Shown piece after piece: positions 36,394 through 47,999 of a stretch of DNA of 64,000 nucleotides. The stretch is from Naegleria gruberi. Lineage: Eukaryota. Below the pieces are notes generated by a model, which saw only the letters and a program-made list of their open reading frames with translations, was not told where the DNA came from and made no database searches. The stretch lies in NCBI GenBank assembly GCA_000004985.1, contig GG738904.1. One strand, 5' to 3'. Both the position numbers and the translations under genes were made by a program. How positions within the stretch are numbered: position 1 is the stretch's first letter; each line of letters starts with the position of its first letter.

Positions 36394-38079
36394 TTAAAAT
36401 CTGACAATATCATACTTTGCACTACATTCCTTTTGTTTTTCTTTGGAAATGAGAGGACACTTTTCCAACCATAAAACTTGTAATTCAAGTTTGGAGTTTA
36501 CAATTGTATCAATGGTCTTATTTGTGAGGCGTGCATTTCCACTTAGGAATAGTCTGGTGAGTTGAGGTTGTTGTTCAATGAGTTTTTGAATGGCATCATC
36601 TGTAAAATCATTTCCAATAACTCTGAATGCTTGTAAACATGGAATTTGTTCTTGAGATAATTTAGTTTCCAATATAAATTCATCAGTCAAGTTACATTTC
36701 TCAAGAGTGAGATAGGTAATCTCACATGGATGAGCAATAATCCTTTTGGCTTCTTGATTTCCAATTGGGTTGGCACTCAAATTGAGGAAATCCAATTTTT
36801 TAGGTAAATGTTCTAATAACCAATCAATGTTGGTAATTTTGTTATCTTCCAATTTGATTAATTTCAAGTTTTCATATCTACTTGGATCTATGGTAATATA
36901 ATTATCATCTCCAACGTTTGGGAATGTTATGGCATTGGATACAAGTTGAAGTTTGTGAAGTTTAGAACAATTTTCTAAAATATAACTAAATCCATCAAAG
37001 GTTATTCCACACTGATTCAATTTCAAAATCTTGACAGTTTTACATATTGATTTGACAAGTGTCTTGACACCAACATCTGAAAGGTTTGAACAATAATTGA
37101 AATCAACAGTTTCCAAATTATCAAATTGGAAATTTTTTAAATTTTGTAAAGCAGTTCCAACCATCAAATTCTTGCTCATTTCCAAGTATTTAAGCTGATT
37201 CAACAATTGAGCATTGTTTGGATGGAATAGTGACTTTAGTCCTTGGCTTCTTATTGAACACGCTGACAATTTCAAAGTTTCCAAATTTGGGCAATTAGTT
37301 TTAGACAAGGCATTAGCTCCAACGTCAGTCAATTTGTAACACTTATCAAAACATAATTCTTTACAGTTCAGATAAGCAAATTTAAATGATTCTTTTGTAA
37401 TATTTTGATTTTCCAGATAGAGAATAACCAATTTAGGAAACTTGAATAAATTACATAATTGATGTTCATCAGAAAATCCATAAATTGATGATAATACTAT
37501 TTGTCTCAATTCTGAATCCTCATAAACAATTCCATCAAAATTAAAATCAACTAAATTTTGAGTTTGGAATCCAGTAGATACATATAAAAATCTTAATTTA
37601 GGTAAAGTATTAAATAAAATCTTGAAGGAAGTGTCATAGACAGTGTTCAACTTTAAAAATCTCAAAGATTTACAATGAGATAATGATTCACACATATTAG
37701 AATTGAAGTGTTTTTGACTTCCTGTATAAACAAATCTCTTCAATTGTTGATTCTTCTCAAGGGCCAAACAATTTTCATCCCGAATCTGAAATTGTTCAAT
37801 TTTAATTCCAGTCGCTAATTTAAATATCGAATTGATTAAATAATTATCAATTTCCAACTTGGATTTAATATGAAAATGTTTATACAAAAAATAAATTAAT
37901 CTATTAGAATCCCAATTTTTATATCCGAAAAGAATATGTAGTAAATTAGCATTTGATTGTAAAGTTTCGAATTGTTTCTTTTTTAATGTGAGAAAGGAAT
38001 AAATTTCCAGAATGACATCCATTGGAAGAATGGAATAATCGGCTTCCTCCGATTCACCGTGTTCTTGATGTGATTGCAT
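36394..38079 (-). CDS. F-box/LRR-repeat protein (FBXL-like), 561 aa
   Basis: The F-box is ILPMDVILEIYSFLTLKK. Multiple Cys-containing LRRs include CPNLETLKLSACSIRSQGLKSL and LSDVGVKTLVKSICKTVKILKLNQCGITFDGF. ATG is at 38079 and the ORF is uninterrupted. Confidence 0.75.
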   Translation of the reverse strand: MQSHQEHGESEEADYSILPMDVILEIYSFLTLKKKQFETLQSNANLLHILFGYKNWDSNRLIYFLYKHFHIKSKLEIDNYLINSIFKLATGIKIEQFQIRDENCLALEKNQQLKRFVYTGSQKHFNSNMCESLSHCKSLRFLKLNTVYDTSFKILFNTLPKLRFLYVSTGFQTQNLVDFNFDGIVYEDSELRQIVLSSIYGFSDEHQLCNLFKFPKLVILYLENQNITKESFKFAYLNCKELCFDKCYKLTDVGANALSKTNCPNLETLKLSACSIRSQGLKSLFHPNNAQLLNQLKYLEMSKNLMVGTALQNLKNFQFDNLETVDFNYCSNLSDVGVKTLVKSICKTVKILKLNQCGITFDGFSYILENCSKLHKLQLVSNAITFPNVGDDNYITIDPSRYENLKLIKLEDNKITNIDWLLEHLPKKLDFLNLSANPIGNQEAKRIIAHPCEITYLTLEKCNLTDEFILETKLSQEQIPCLQAFRVIGNDFTDDAIQKLIEQQPQLTRLFLSGNARLTNKTIDTIVNSKLELQVLWLEKCPLISKEKQKECSAKYDIVRF

Positions 38080-38441
38080 TTTTTTTGTTTTTTTTAAAAA
38101 TTCAAAATTATTTTAAATTTTTATTGCATTTTAAACTTGAAAATCTCAATTTCAAGATTGTTAAAGTTATTTTTAGACAATTTTTAATACATGATTAGTA
38201 CAAAACATCAAGATGGATTAGGTTTTGAAGAGTTTGAATTCAATATAAGTTTACAAAATCTGTGTCAACCTCCAATGTGAATCAATTCATACCCCTCATA
38301 GTATTTATGCAGAGGTTCACATATTTTCAAGATCCAACGAACAATCGTTAAAAAACTTGTTAATTTTCTGAGTCAGGAATGAGAAATAATTGTGACAAGT
38401 AATCACGTTTCTTGTGTTGTTGCATCGCACAAATTTAAAAA

Positions 38442-39115
38442 ATGAGCAAACGAAAAAGACAAGATTTTGAAAATCATCAATTAATTAATTCGGTGAAGGA
38501 AATATTCACTAACAATAGTTTGGAAGAGAAATCAAAAAAGAGTGGGAAATTCCAACAAGAAATATTTTCAGATGATGTTTGTTTTGAAATAATTTCCATG
38601 CTCGATGATTCGTGGTTTATTTTGAATAATTGTTCCTTGATTTCAAAACAATTCTTTAATGTGATCAAGGAACGCAATTTAAAAAAAAAATTACAGAGAA
38701 ACGAGTTGAATTATTCATGAAAAGTCAGTTTAGGAATAGAATTATTAATCTTAAAGTTTTTAGATATTTGCTTGACTCTTTTGAAAAACTCAAATTCATT
38801 AGTGATATGAAACGATTAACGTCACTTGATATTTCTTTCAATCAAATTGGTGTACAAGGGGTCAAATTCATTAGTGAAATGAAACAATTAACATCACTTG
38901 ATATTTCTTTCAATCAAGCTAGTGATGAAGGTGCTAAATACATAAGTGAAATGAAACAATTAACATCACTTAATATTACTAATAATGAAATTGGTGATGA
39001 AGGAGCTAAATACATTAGTGAAATGAAACAATTAATATCACTTATTATATCTAGGAATCAAATTGGTGATGAAGGTGCTAAGTACATTAGTGAAATGACA
39101 CCACTAGGAAAATAA
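38442..39115 (+). CDS. F-box plus RNI-like LRR protein; tentative join(38442..38704,38764..39115)
   Basis: The F-box-like N-terminus is FSDDVCFEIISMLDDSWFILNNCSLISKQFFNVIKE (ORF 38442..38720). Four and a half 24-aa LRR units follow in the ORF at 38717..39115. The two frames can be joined by a 59-nt intron with a weak GTTGAA donor and a TTTTTAG acceptor. A frameshift is an alternative. Confidence 0.5.
38790..39115. repeat. Tandem 72-nt LRR coding repeats, paralogous to 21104..21688
   Basis: The same gaaatgaaacaattaacatcacttgatat core recurs. The encoded units are EMKQLTSLDISFNQIG.EG.KYISE. Confidence 0.8.
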
Positions 39116-39399
39116 GCTGCGTTGGGTATTGGAAAACAAAAAAACACATTGATAAACCAAGTGGGTGGTAAATATCTGCTCCTATTCTTCATCCAAAAGG
39201 TGTGCACCATTTTCGTCGATGTGAAATGGATGTTAAAGTCGTAAATGGTGACACAAGACCCAAAATTACAAATGGATATTACGAATGCTTGAAACGTTTG
39301 ACGAATTCTTTCAGCATCAAGTATTCGAAAGGAAGTCAGTGTATTCAATATTAAATACAACATTCAAAAAGAAATTGCAATCCCAAACTACACTACAAT

Positions 39400-40721
39400 A
39401 TGAAAACAAGCTTTTTTGCTATTGTATTGGCGATGATTTTGCTTTGTGTCATGGTTCTAACCACACATGCAACAACACTTACCACTCAACATGTTGAGAT
39501 GGCAAACAACATTCAAAAATTTGAATCTACAAAGAGAAAGATGGATGATACATGTACATGTGTTGATTGTAGGAGTCATGAATTTGTTAATGGTGTATTT
39601 GTGAAAGCTGTTTCTTGTTCAGATAGTAAATCCCCAGTAATTGGTTCCATCAAAATGGAAATAGATGGTTTTCTTTTTGATGAAACCTTTTCGTATTACA
39701 TTATTGATAATGTTGATGACTTGTTCATGTTCAAGGCAGGCAAACAGTTTGCCTATGACATTATCAAAAGTAGACCAATAGTCAAAACTGTTCTCAAGAT
39801 ACAACAATTTCAAGATATGATAATACACACACTGTTTATGTTGTTGCAAAAGCTAACGACATGGACTTTGCTGTTTTGTTACATGAAATAGAGGGTTATT
39901 GCACATCAAGGGCCGCCAATGATGTAGCCTATGATCTCTCTGAACCAAATCCTAAATATTACTATGGGACTAGTGTCAGAGTAGATATTACATTTGTTAA
40001 TCTACAATATTCAACTGTAGATTTCTACCTTCAAGGTACAATTAGTGTTCAAAATGCCAAAACACCACAACCAACAGCTGTTGTAAGGGATGGAGTTGGT
40101 AGACTTATTGTGAATCTCAATGAAGAAGAATTTACTAATGGTAATGAACTTTTACTTGAATTCACACCACGTAGTTTCTTCAATGATCAAAAGATTAGAA
40201 ACATTCGAATCAAAATTCCTGTTGTTAAAAAGGCATCTAAGGGAGAATTACTTATTCACAATAATCAATTGATTTATTCTGGCAAAGAATTCACATTGTA
40301 TTTCAAATTATTTGATAGTGATAACAAACCAACACCAGTTATTGATATTCCACTCCTTTCCATTTCATCTGCAAATCCTAACGACAAGTTATATTGTCAA
40401 TTGACAAACTATATTAACGGTTATGGTTTTGCAACATGTGCTAATATTGATACAAGTGGTCAACATTCACTTGTTTTAAAGTATAATAATGTGGTATTGG
40501 ACGAATATGAAATTACTGTAGAAGAGAATCCATATCAATTTGTCAATGAAGCCATTGTCTTGCTATTGGTCATTTTGGTTATTGTCTCATTGTTGATTCT
40601 CTGTGTTGGAATAGTTTCTTTCGTATTCTTCTATAAGAAACTTAATAAGCAAAATGGAATGAATACAAGACCTGGTCGTGTGAATAGAGAAGAAGATGCT
40701 GAAGAATTGGATAATTTGTAA
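39400..40721 (+). CDS. Putative type I membrane glycoprotein, with a signal peptide in ORF 39400..39891 and a C-terminal TM in ORF 39861..40721; frame break unresolved
   Basis: The N-terminal signal peptide is MKTSFFAIVLAMILLCVMVLTTHA. The C-terminal TM is AIVLLLVILVIVSLLILCVGIVSFVFFY followed by a basic tail. The two ORFs overlap in different frames between about 39780 and 39890. No frame-restoring GT..AG intron was found there. Confidence 0.4.
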
Positions 40722-40750
40722 ACTCTATTCTCAAATGTGTTTTAATAAAT

Positions 40751-41413
40751 TTATTTTCTGTAAGCAGCACAAACACCACTTGTACACAAATTTTCACAAT
40801 TTTGTGGCGCATCAATTAGTGATCTATCGAATGGTTTCGTATTATAAGTTTCAACCTTAAAATCCCATTGTTTCAAAATATGTTTAGGTCCCCACAATTC
40901 ATTAAATCTTATTGGAATTCTAATCTTATCACTATTAGTACAATAATAATGATTCAAATATTGACCTTGTTTCGTCCAATGTTGAACTTGATATCCTAAC
41001 AAATTTTCAACACCAACAAATGTTGAATTCTTTTCCATCCAATTTCCCTTCACTGCTCCAAATTGATTTTCACATTTACAACAGAAATTAACTTTTGGAA
41101 ATTGTAAATAAGACCAACCATTAGTAGCAAATATAACATTACACTGTTGATCACTTCCATATGGTAATCCAGTACACATTTCATCATATTGTGGTGGAAA
41201 ATGTTCATATCTTTCAGCATTTAAATCGGAATCATGATAATAAGCAAATAACCAATTAGTAATTGGGTCAGGATTTGTTAAATTAACTAAAACTCGGAAT
41301 GTTGAAACTCCTCCCCATAATGGTGGTAATGGTATTGTTGCAGAAGCAAGAGAAACAATATTCAATGTAATGATGAAACTACACAATAATAGTAGGACTA
41401 GAGATTTCGACAT
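40751..41413 (-). CDS. Secreted Cys-rich protein of unknown function, 220 aa
   Basis: ATG is at 41413. The signal peptide is MSKSLVLLLLCSFIITLNIVSLASA. There are ten Cys residues and no TM. Confidence 0.55.
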   Translation of the reverse strand: MSKSLVLLLLCSFIITLNIVSLASATIPLPPLWGGVSTFRVLVNLTNPDPITNWLFAYYHDSDLNAERYEHFPPQYDEMCTGLPYGSDQQCNVIFATNGWSYLQFPKVNFCCKCENQFGAVKGNWMEKNSTFVGVENLLGYQVQHWTKQGQYLNHYYCTNSDKIRIPIRFNELWGPKHILKQWDFKVETYNTKPFDRSLIDAPQNCENLCTSGVCAAYRK

Positions 41414-42294
41414 TTTTTTAGGAGTTTAATTGAACTAACTCCGCGTTCAATCAATTTCGTAATCTCATTAATAACACAGTAGACCATAAATTATTTACAC
41501 ATTAACTTTGTTAATTTTTGTTCAATCTCTTAGAAACGCTGAAATATTTAACCTTTTACCTTCCAATTATTTGATTATCAACCAAATAAGAATTAAGGTT
41601 TATTGAAAGTGTTAGAGTTGTTTGTCTGGGTTATAGTTGTGGTATTAAGTATATTCATAACATTATTAATGTTTGATTGATAAATTTTTGTAATGTTTGA
41701 TAATAAACTTGGTGTGTTCCTATTTTGATAAATGATATATTTGAGCAATTGGATCAATCCAGGTAAGAAGTATGCTTTGTAGATTGGTTCAACATTTTCA
41801 GTATCATTAACTAATTTTTCAAAATATCTGATCACACTGTTGCCATATTCTTTGAAAGTTTGAGATGAATTAATAATTCTTGAAATTCTTGAAAATCTTC
41901 AACTATGATTCTTCTAACAAGTTTTGCAATAAAAATAGCCATTGCATAATTATCTTGCACTATGCCAAGTGTATGGAAATTTAAATGCATCAGGACGTGT
42001 TATGGTTTTTCTTTCTTCATTGTCTGAAGAGCCCTGTAATTGAAATGCTGTATTAAATCGGATATTACTAAATCACAAACCAACCCATCAGCCATGTTAC
42101 ATTCTTTGAGAATGAATTGACCAATTATGTCACCACCATTGCTTTTTCTTGTTAGAATATTGTCAATTTAATTATCGAAATGTAATATATTCAATTTTAA
42201 ATGTAATTGTTGTAAAATTGTTAAACATTGACCTATCCATCTAATAGTGATGAGTAATTTAATCTTTGGTGTGTTTGGGGTCAATATTTTAATA

Positions 42295-43358
42295 TTATTT
42301 AGTTCTCGTTGACAGATTCTTAGATTCAAGAGGTTCACCTGCGTTAAATTGTATGTTATTGACATGATCGAATGTATGTTGTAAAATCATCAAAGACTTT
42401 GATAAACCTTGAACTGTGGTCAAGTCATAAATATCAGAAACTTTCAAAGCATATGTAAAAGGGGGAAGAGACTGACCATTTACAAGATCAAATTCGTTGT
42501 GGAATTTCAATCTCATTTCTAACCACACTATTGTAGTACCTGCAACTAAAGAACCAAACACACGAATCTTCTCCATATTATCACATGTTAGCAATTGATT
42601 GGTGGATAATCTTTCAATCCAGTTTTTAAATATACATCTCATGTATAGTACTAGATTACACACATCCTTGTGGAGAAAAACATCTTCGTTTTCTAATTCA
42701 TATCTCTGAACCTCACATAGAAGGAATGTTTCAAAAGTACAACCATCACCAAAAACATTCTTGTGGGAAAGGAAAAAGTCAGGGAATAAATCTTGGTTGT
42801 TCTCAAGTTTGGTATGCTTCGTCAACCATGCAGCTCTTTTTGTCAAAGATTCAGATAGGTAGTATTCGTTGGAAACGAAAAGGGAGATAGTTTGTTATTG
42901 TATTGATTGGACTTGGTGAAAGACCTTAAAAAAGAAACTTCACTTTTTTGATTTTGCTCAGCCTCAAATATACTTTCAAGTAGTTCACCTTCTTTTAACT
43001 TTTCTTCTGTTTTTTGAAATTCAAACACATCCTGAAAGTGAGTTTTAAATAATAGTAAATAACAGGATCTGTGCATGTAACTTACTTGATCCAGTTCCAC
43101 CAAAAGTTGTGAAAAGAAGAGTTGTTGAATTTCGTCCAAGTCCCAACGATTGAAACTTGCATTTAAAACTTTCACCTTATGTTGTAAAGTTGAAAGTTCA
43201 CCAAATGTTTCCTCTGTTTTCATATCAATATCAAGTGGTGTGAGTTCAGAATAATAATCTACATATTTCTTAGCCTTTCTAGGATTCTCCACTTGTTCAT
43301 CACCTCTTTTCCTCTTTTTGAAGTTAATGAAACGAATGATTGCTAATTCTTCTGACAA
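42295..43358 (-). CDS. Hypothetical nuclear protein (KKRKRG NLS-like), about 324 aa; complement(join(42295..42835,42925..43358))
   Basis: ATG is at 43358 (MSEELAIIRFINFKKRKRG). An 89-nt intron with a GTCTTT donor and an AAAAAG acceptor joins the two ORFs in frame. I do not recognise the family. Confidence 0.45.
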
Positions 43359-44075
43359 GCAGATTGTTATTTATTCACCTAACAAATATACTTCATATAT
43401 TACTCTTTTGCTTACCAATGTTAAATTCCTGTGATTGATACAAACTTCTTAACTAGTTACACACAGAATAATACACATTATTTGATTATCAAGCTGCCAT
43501 TGAGTAAGTTATTTTTGTTTACTCTCCAAGTTCAACTATATGATACATGATGAATGAGCCACCATTCTTCAATATCAAATTTTCCACTTGTTTTTTCTCC
43601 GATCCTCTAAGAGTTTGAAAGTAGTAAGTAGCCTTGAAACATTTTTTTTGAAAATTGGCGGTTTCGTTCTTAGTAGTTAATAAGGCACAAATTTTGAATT
43701 ACAACTTTTAATAACAGTGAATAATAATAGCCAATTCAAATAATACAAGAAACCAATTCTTTAATTCTAAAATGTAGTTGATCTTCTATAAATAGAAGAG
43801 ACAAGTTATTTTCTGAGGTGCCTACTTTCATTGATGCATTCTTGATTCTCATTGAGATTCAGGCTATTTTTTAAAAGTTCCATAAATCAAACTACAACGA
43901 CAATAAAAAAAAAGCCTCAAAACTGACATCTCTCAACAGCTCATTTGAAATTTCCCTTTTTTGCGCACAATTTGTGATTCAAAGAATCAAAACTGAACCT
44001 GCAATTATGATACAAAGAAACAAACCTCCATAAAATATTTGTAGTTTTGTATTTTTGAAGATAGTATAAGAAGAA

Positions 44076-45980
44076 ATGTCATTCTCAGTAGTTTCGAATA
44101 GTTGTTCTTCAGCTGTTACTACTAATGGACCACCATTAGAAAGTGTAAATATTGAAATGAGGTTGGATAGTGAGGTGTCAATGTATTCTGTTTCATTAGA
44201 TGGTATTTATGGAAATGTGTTATCTGAAGCAAATGTTGTCTCATCACCTGCTTTGAATAGTTGTGTTTCGTCCTTTTCATTGAAGAAACCTTCTCCATTG
44301 GATCAACGCTTGGATTTGTTGAAGTTTGTGAAACAATTTGTCAGAGTAGAGAAGAATGAAAGTAAGGAAGTAATTGAAGAGGAATTGAGAATTGTTTCAA
44401 CTTGGAGTCAACAAGATATGATGAACACTCCATCAGTGGCAAGCATGTCAAGTTTAAACTCTGAAATGAGTTTAATGTCAATGACCTCTGACAGATCATT
44501 AGCAAATATGATCAAAGATGATTATTTCAAAGTTCCAGAAAAGAAGGAAAAGAAGAATGGTAAAAGAAAGAGATCTCTAATTTATGATAAGAAGACAGGC
44601 ATATTCTTGTCAGTATTCAATTTGATTAATGATGTTTTGAGTCCAGGTACTTTGAGTATGTCTCAAATGACAGCTCAATCAGGTATTTTCTCAAGTTTGA
44701 TTCTTACCGTGTTCTTTGGATTGGTAACTTTATTTACTTTAATGATTTTATATGAATTGAGAAGAAAGTATTTGAAAACTAGTTTATTGGAATTGTCAGA
44801 ATTGGCATTTGGTAAACCAGGTGTTGTCATTGCAAGTATTCCAATTCTATTATTCAACTTTGGTGGGGCATTAGGCATGTTTATCATGTTTGGGCATTTA
44901 GTTCCAGATTTACTTTTACTAGTTGAAAAGAATTTCAGTTCTATTCTTAGTGGATATTCTTTCCTTTTTAGTAGAGAATCTGTATTGATAATTTTGACAA
45001 TTATTATGATTCCATTTGCTTTGAGAAAGAATTTGGGAAGTTACGCAATTACTTCATTCATTTCAGTTAGCTCCGTATTGCTGGTTGGAATTTGGTTGGC
45101 AATTGAAAAGATGACAGGTCAAAGAGCTCTCATTCCATCTTCTAATGCATTTGATTTTGCAAAGAGTGAAATTTTATCTGCTTTTGGAGCTTTGGCATTT
45201 ATCTATGTTTGCCACGATATAGTATTTCACATATTTTCCAATTTAAGAAGACCTACCAGATTTAGATTCTTTCTAGTGGCACTATTTGTAGTGATTATTA
45301 CAATCCTAACTATTACATGTGTTGGAATGAGTGGATATTTAATATTTTATGATAAGTGTCTAGATGACGCCAATGTATTGAACTTGTTTCCTTTCAATGA
45401 TCCAATGGCAATCATTGCAAGAATAATCATTTCCCTCAATATTATCATGTCTATTCCTTATGCATTATTCATGCCAAGGGATTGTTTGCATACATTGTTA
45501 AAGACAATTTTACCAAAAGTTTACAAGCGAATTCAAAAGACAAAAGTGAGAAGAAACATTCTTCATGTAATTTTGACAATGACAGTTTTATTGACATCTT
45601 TTGGAGTGGCTATTGGTGTTACTGATTTAGGCATTGTAGCAGATTTATTTGGAGCAGTAGCTGCTAGTTCATTAGCATATATTATTCCACCAAGTCTTTA
45701 TTTAAAATTGGAATTTTCATTTGGATGTTCATTAAAGAGATCAAATGATGAAAATATTGAACTTTCCAACACAAAATCAGTAACCGAAACCAATAACACT
45801 ATTATTGAACATCCATTGGAAGAGTATTACGCAAAGAAGAGCAATGATGCACATTCAAATTCTCTCAGACAACAATTATTTAGAATTCTAATTGGAGTTA
45901 CTTGTATGATGGTTTTGCTATTGGGTATTTTCATTCTAGTTGGAACCATTACAAGTGTAATTATTCATAAATTTGTCTAA
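44076..45980 (+). CDS. Aa_trans-family transmembrane amino-acid transporter (SLC38/AVT-like), 634 aa
   Basis: About 11 predicted TM helices are present. The characteristic N-terminal block reads IFLSVFNLINDVLSPGTLSMSQMTAQSGIFSSLILTVFFGLVTLFT. The ORF is uninterrupted. Confidence 0.8.
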   Translation: MSFSVVSNSCSSAVTTNGPPLESVNIEMRLDSEVSMYSVSLDGIYGNVLSEANVVSSPALNSCVSSFSLKKPSPLDQRLDLLKFVKQFVRVEKNESKEVIEEELRIVSTWSQQDMMNTPSVASMSSLNSEMSLMSMTSDRSLANMIKDDYFKVPEKKEKKNGKRKRSLIYDKKTGIFLSVFNLINDVLSPGTLSMSQMTAQSGIFSSLILTVFFGLVTLFTLMILYELRRKYLKTSLLELSELAFGKPGVVIASIPILLFNFGGALGMFIMFGHLVPDLLLLVEKNFSSILSGYSFLFSRESVLIILTIIMIPFALRKNLGSYAITSFISVSSVLLVGIWLAIEKMTGQRALIPSSNAFDFAKSEILSAFGALAFIYVCHDIVFHIFSNLRRPTRFRFFLVALFVVIITILTITCVGMSGYLIFYDKCLDDANVLNLFPFNDPMAIIARIIISLNIIMSIPYALFMPRDCLHTLLKTILPKVYKRIQKTKVRRNILHVILTMTVLLTSFGVAIGVTDLGIVADLFGAVAASSLAYIIPPSLYLKLEFSFGCSLKRSNDENIELSNTKSVTETNNTIIEHPLEEYYAKKSNDAHSNSLRQQLFRILIGVTCMMVLLLGIFILVGTITSVIIHKFV

Positions 45981-46577
45981 TTGACTAGTCTTTTCTAACT
46001 TTCTTGAACATTTGTTCTCTTTATGGACATGCACTATAGTTAACAAGTTTCCAATCATGAGAGAGTTTCATTCATTGAAATTCAACAAGAAATTCAAAGG
46101 AGGGATTGAGTAAGAAATTCGAAACAGTTGAAACATTTATTGAGGATTTGGTAGAATTAGTGGTGAGAAAACCAATCATTGATGCTTTCTATTGTGCTCC
46201 TGTGGAACATATGAGAGTTTATTTTCATTCTTGAAAGGAAAAGTTGAATAATTAGCTCCTCATTATAAAATTGATGCTTTCTTCATCATTAAAATTAATT
46301 AATATTTTTATTTTTAATAAGAACTATTTAAATTGTCCTCATCGGAAATGATAAGAATGGACTAATTAACTTCAACTCTGATATTTATTCAAACAACTTC
46401 CGATATCCTATCTATAATAAACATATTGTTATTCAACCAACTCTTCAAGTTTTCAAAGCCTTCGATTATTAATTGTGTTGCTGATGATTCTACTCTTTTG
46501 TTGAACTTAAAAAAAATCAACAACGTTGGTTAGAAGAACAAATACATAAACAACAAACAATAATTAATATATAACAA

Positions 46578-47951
46578 ATGGCATTAGGAAGTGAAAAATC
46601 GGATACACCAATGGAAAATGGAGAAAATTATGATTTGAGTGAGGATTATATAACTGATGATGAAGGTGATGAAGCCTTTATTAATGAAGAAGATATTGAA
46701 GAAGTAGCAGGAGAATATGGTGAAGATGATGCACCACCAAGTGATGAAGAAGATAATGAAGGAGAAGAATGGGTAGATGATGATGGAATGGAAGATGAAA
46801 GACCACTCCGAAATGTACCAGATCATTCTAATGCTTCATTCAATGAACATACAGATGCAATTTATTCAATTAGTGTTATTAATGATGGAAATGATAAATT
46901 TATTTGTGCTACTTCATCAGGAGATGATTCTGCATATTTGTGGACTTTTGATACAACAACAATGACAACAAGTCCAATTGCAAAACTTGCTGGACATACT
47001 GATACAGTTTTACAATCAAAATTCAATTTTGATAAGACAATTTTAGCAACTGCTGCTATGGATGGAACTGTTAAACTTTGGAATGCCAAGTCAGGTGCTT
47101 TTATTTCTTCATTAGAAGGTCCAGGTGATAGTATTGAATGGATTGATTGGCATCCAAGAGGTAATATTATCATTGGTGGTTCACAAGATGCTACTACATG
47201 GATGTGGAATACTCAAAAAGAAGTTTGTTTGAATGTATTTTCTGGTCACTCTGAAAGTGTTACAAATGGTTGTTTCACAACTGATGGAAAATTAATGGTA
47301 ACTGCTTCTGATGATGCTACTGTTAAAATTTGGAATCCAAAAACTGCTGAATGTATTGTCAATTACTCTGCTCATGAAAAGAATATCAAATCATTCTGTG
47401 AAGAACCAATTACATCTTTGAAATGTAGTACTCTTAATCCTTCAGTATTTTTATGTGGTTCTTTGGATGGTTCTATTGCACTTTGTCAATTGGAACAACA
47501 AAGAGTTATTAGCCATCTTAAAAACAAACATGCTCATACAAATTCAGTTGAAGAAGTTTTATTCCATCCAGAAAATCAAAGTTTACTTGTTTCTTGTGGT
47601 ATGGATGGTCAAATTGTTGTATGGGATACTAATGCTGGATCAGCTCGTCTAGTTTTAAAGAATTATCCAATAATAGAAAATCCAGAACTCGGATCAAGCA
47701 GTAGCAGTGATTTGAACTTTGATACAAATGGTACTCTTACTGGTGTTACACGTGCCTTCTTTGATTCTACTCAATCATACATTATTTATTCAGGTGATAT
47801 TTTAGGTAATATTCTCAGTTGGGATATCAGAACTGGAAAAGTTTTGAAATTATATCAAGGACATGCTGATGTTGTTTCTGATTTATCTCAATCATCAAAG
47901 TATATCTTTTCAACTTCAGAAGACAAGAGAGCACTCATTTTCAATAAATAA
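46578..47951 (+). CDS. WD40-repeat protein with an acidic N-terminal region, AAMP/Sqt1-like, 457 aa
   Basis: The N-terminal 90 aa are D/E-rich (DDEGDEAFINEEDIEEVAGEYGEDDAPPSDEEDNEGEEW). About seven WD repeats follow, for example GHTDTVLQSKFNF...WD. This architecture is typical of AAMP/Sqt1. Confidence 0.6.
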   Translation: MALGSEKSDTPMENGENYDLSEDYITDDEGDEAFINEEDIEEVAGEYGEDDAPPSDEEDNEGEEWVDDDGMEDERPLRNVPDHSNASFNEHTDAIYSISVINDGNDKFICATSSGDDSAYLWTFDTTTMTTSPIAKLAGHTDTVLQSKFNFDKTILATAAMDGTVKLWNAKSGAFISSLEGPGDSIEWIDWHPRGNIIIGGSQDATTWMWNTQKEVCLNVFSGHSESVTNGCFTTDGKLMVTASDDATVKIWNPKTAECIVNYSAHEKNIKSFCEEPITSLKCSTLNPSVFLCGSLDGSIALCQLEQQRVISHLKNKHAHTNSVEEVLFHPENQSLLVSCGMDGQIVVWDTNAGSARLVLKNYPIIENPELGSSSSSDLNFDTNGTLTGVTRAFFDSTQSYIIYSGDILGNILSWDIRTGKVLKLYQGHADVVSDLSQSSKYIFSTSEDKRALIFNK

Positions 47952-47999
47952 ACATTTTCTTTTACAATTAAAGATATTACTATTTACAATCTCAAAGTG

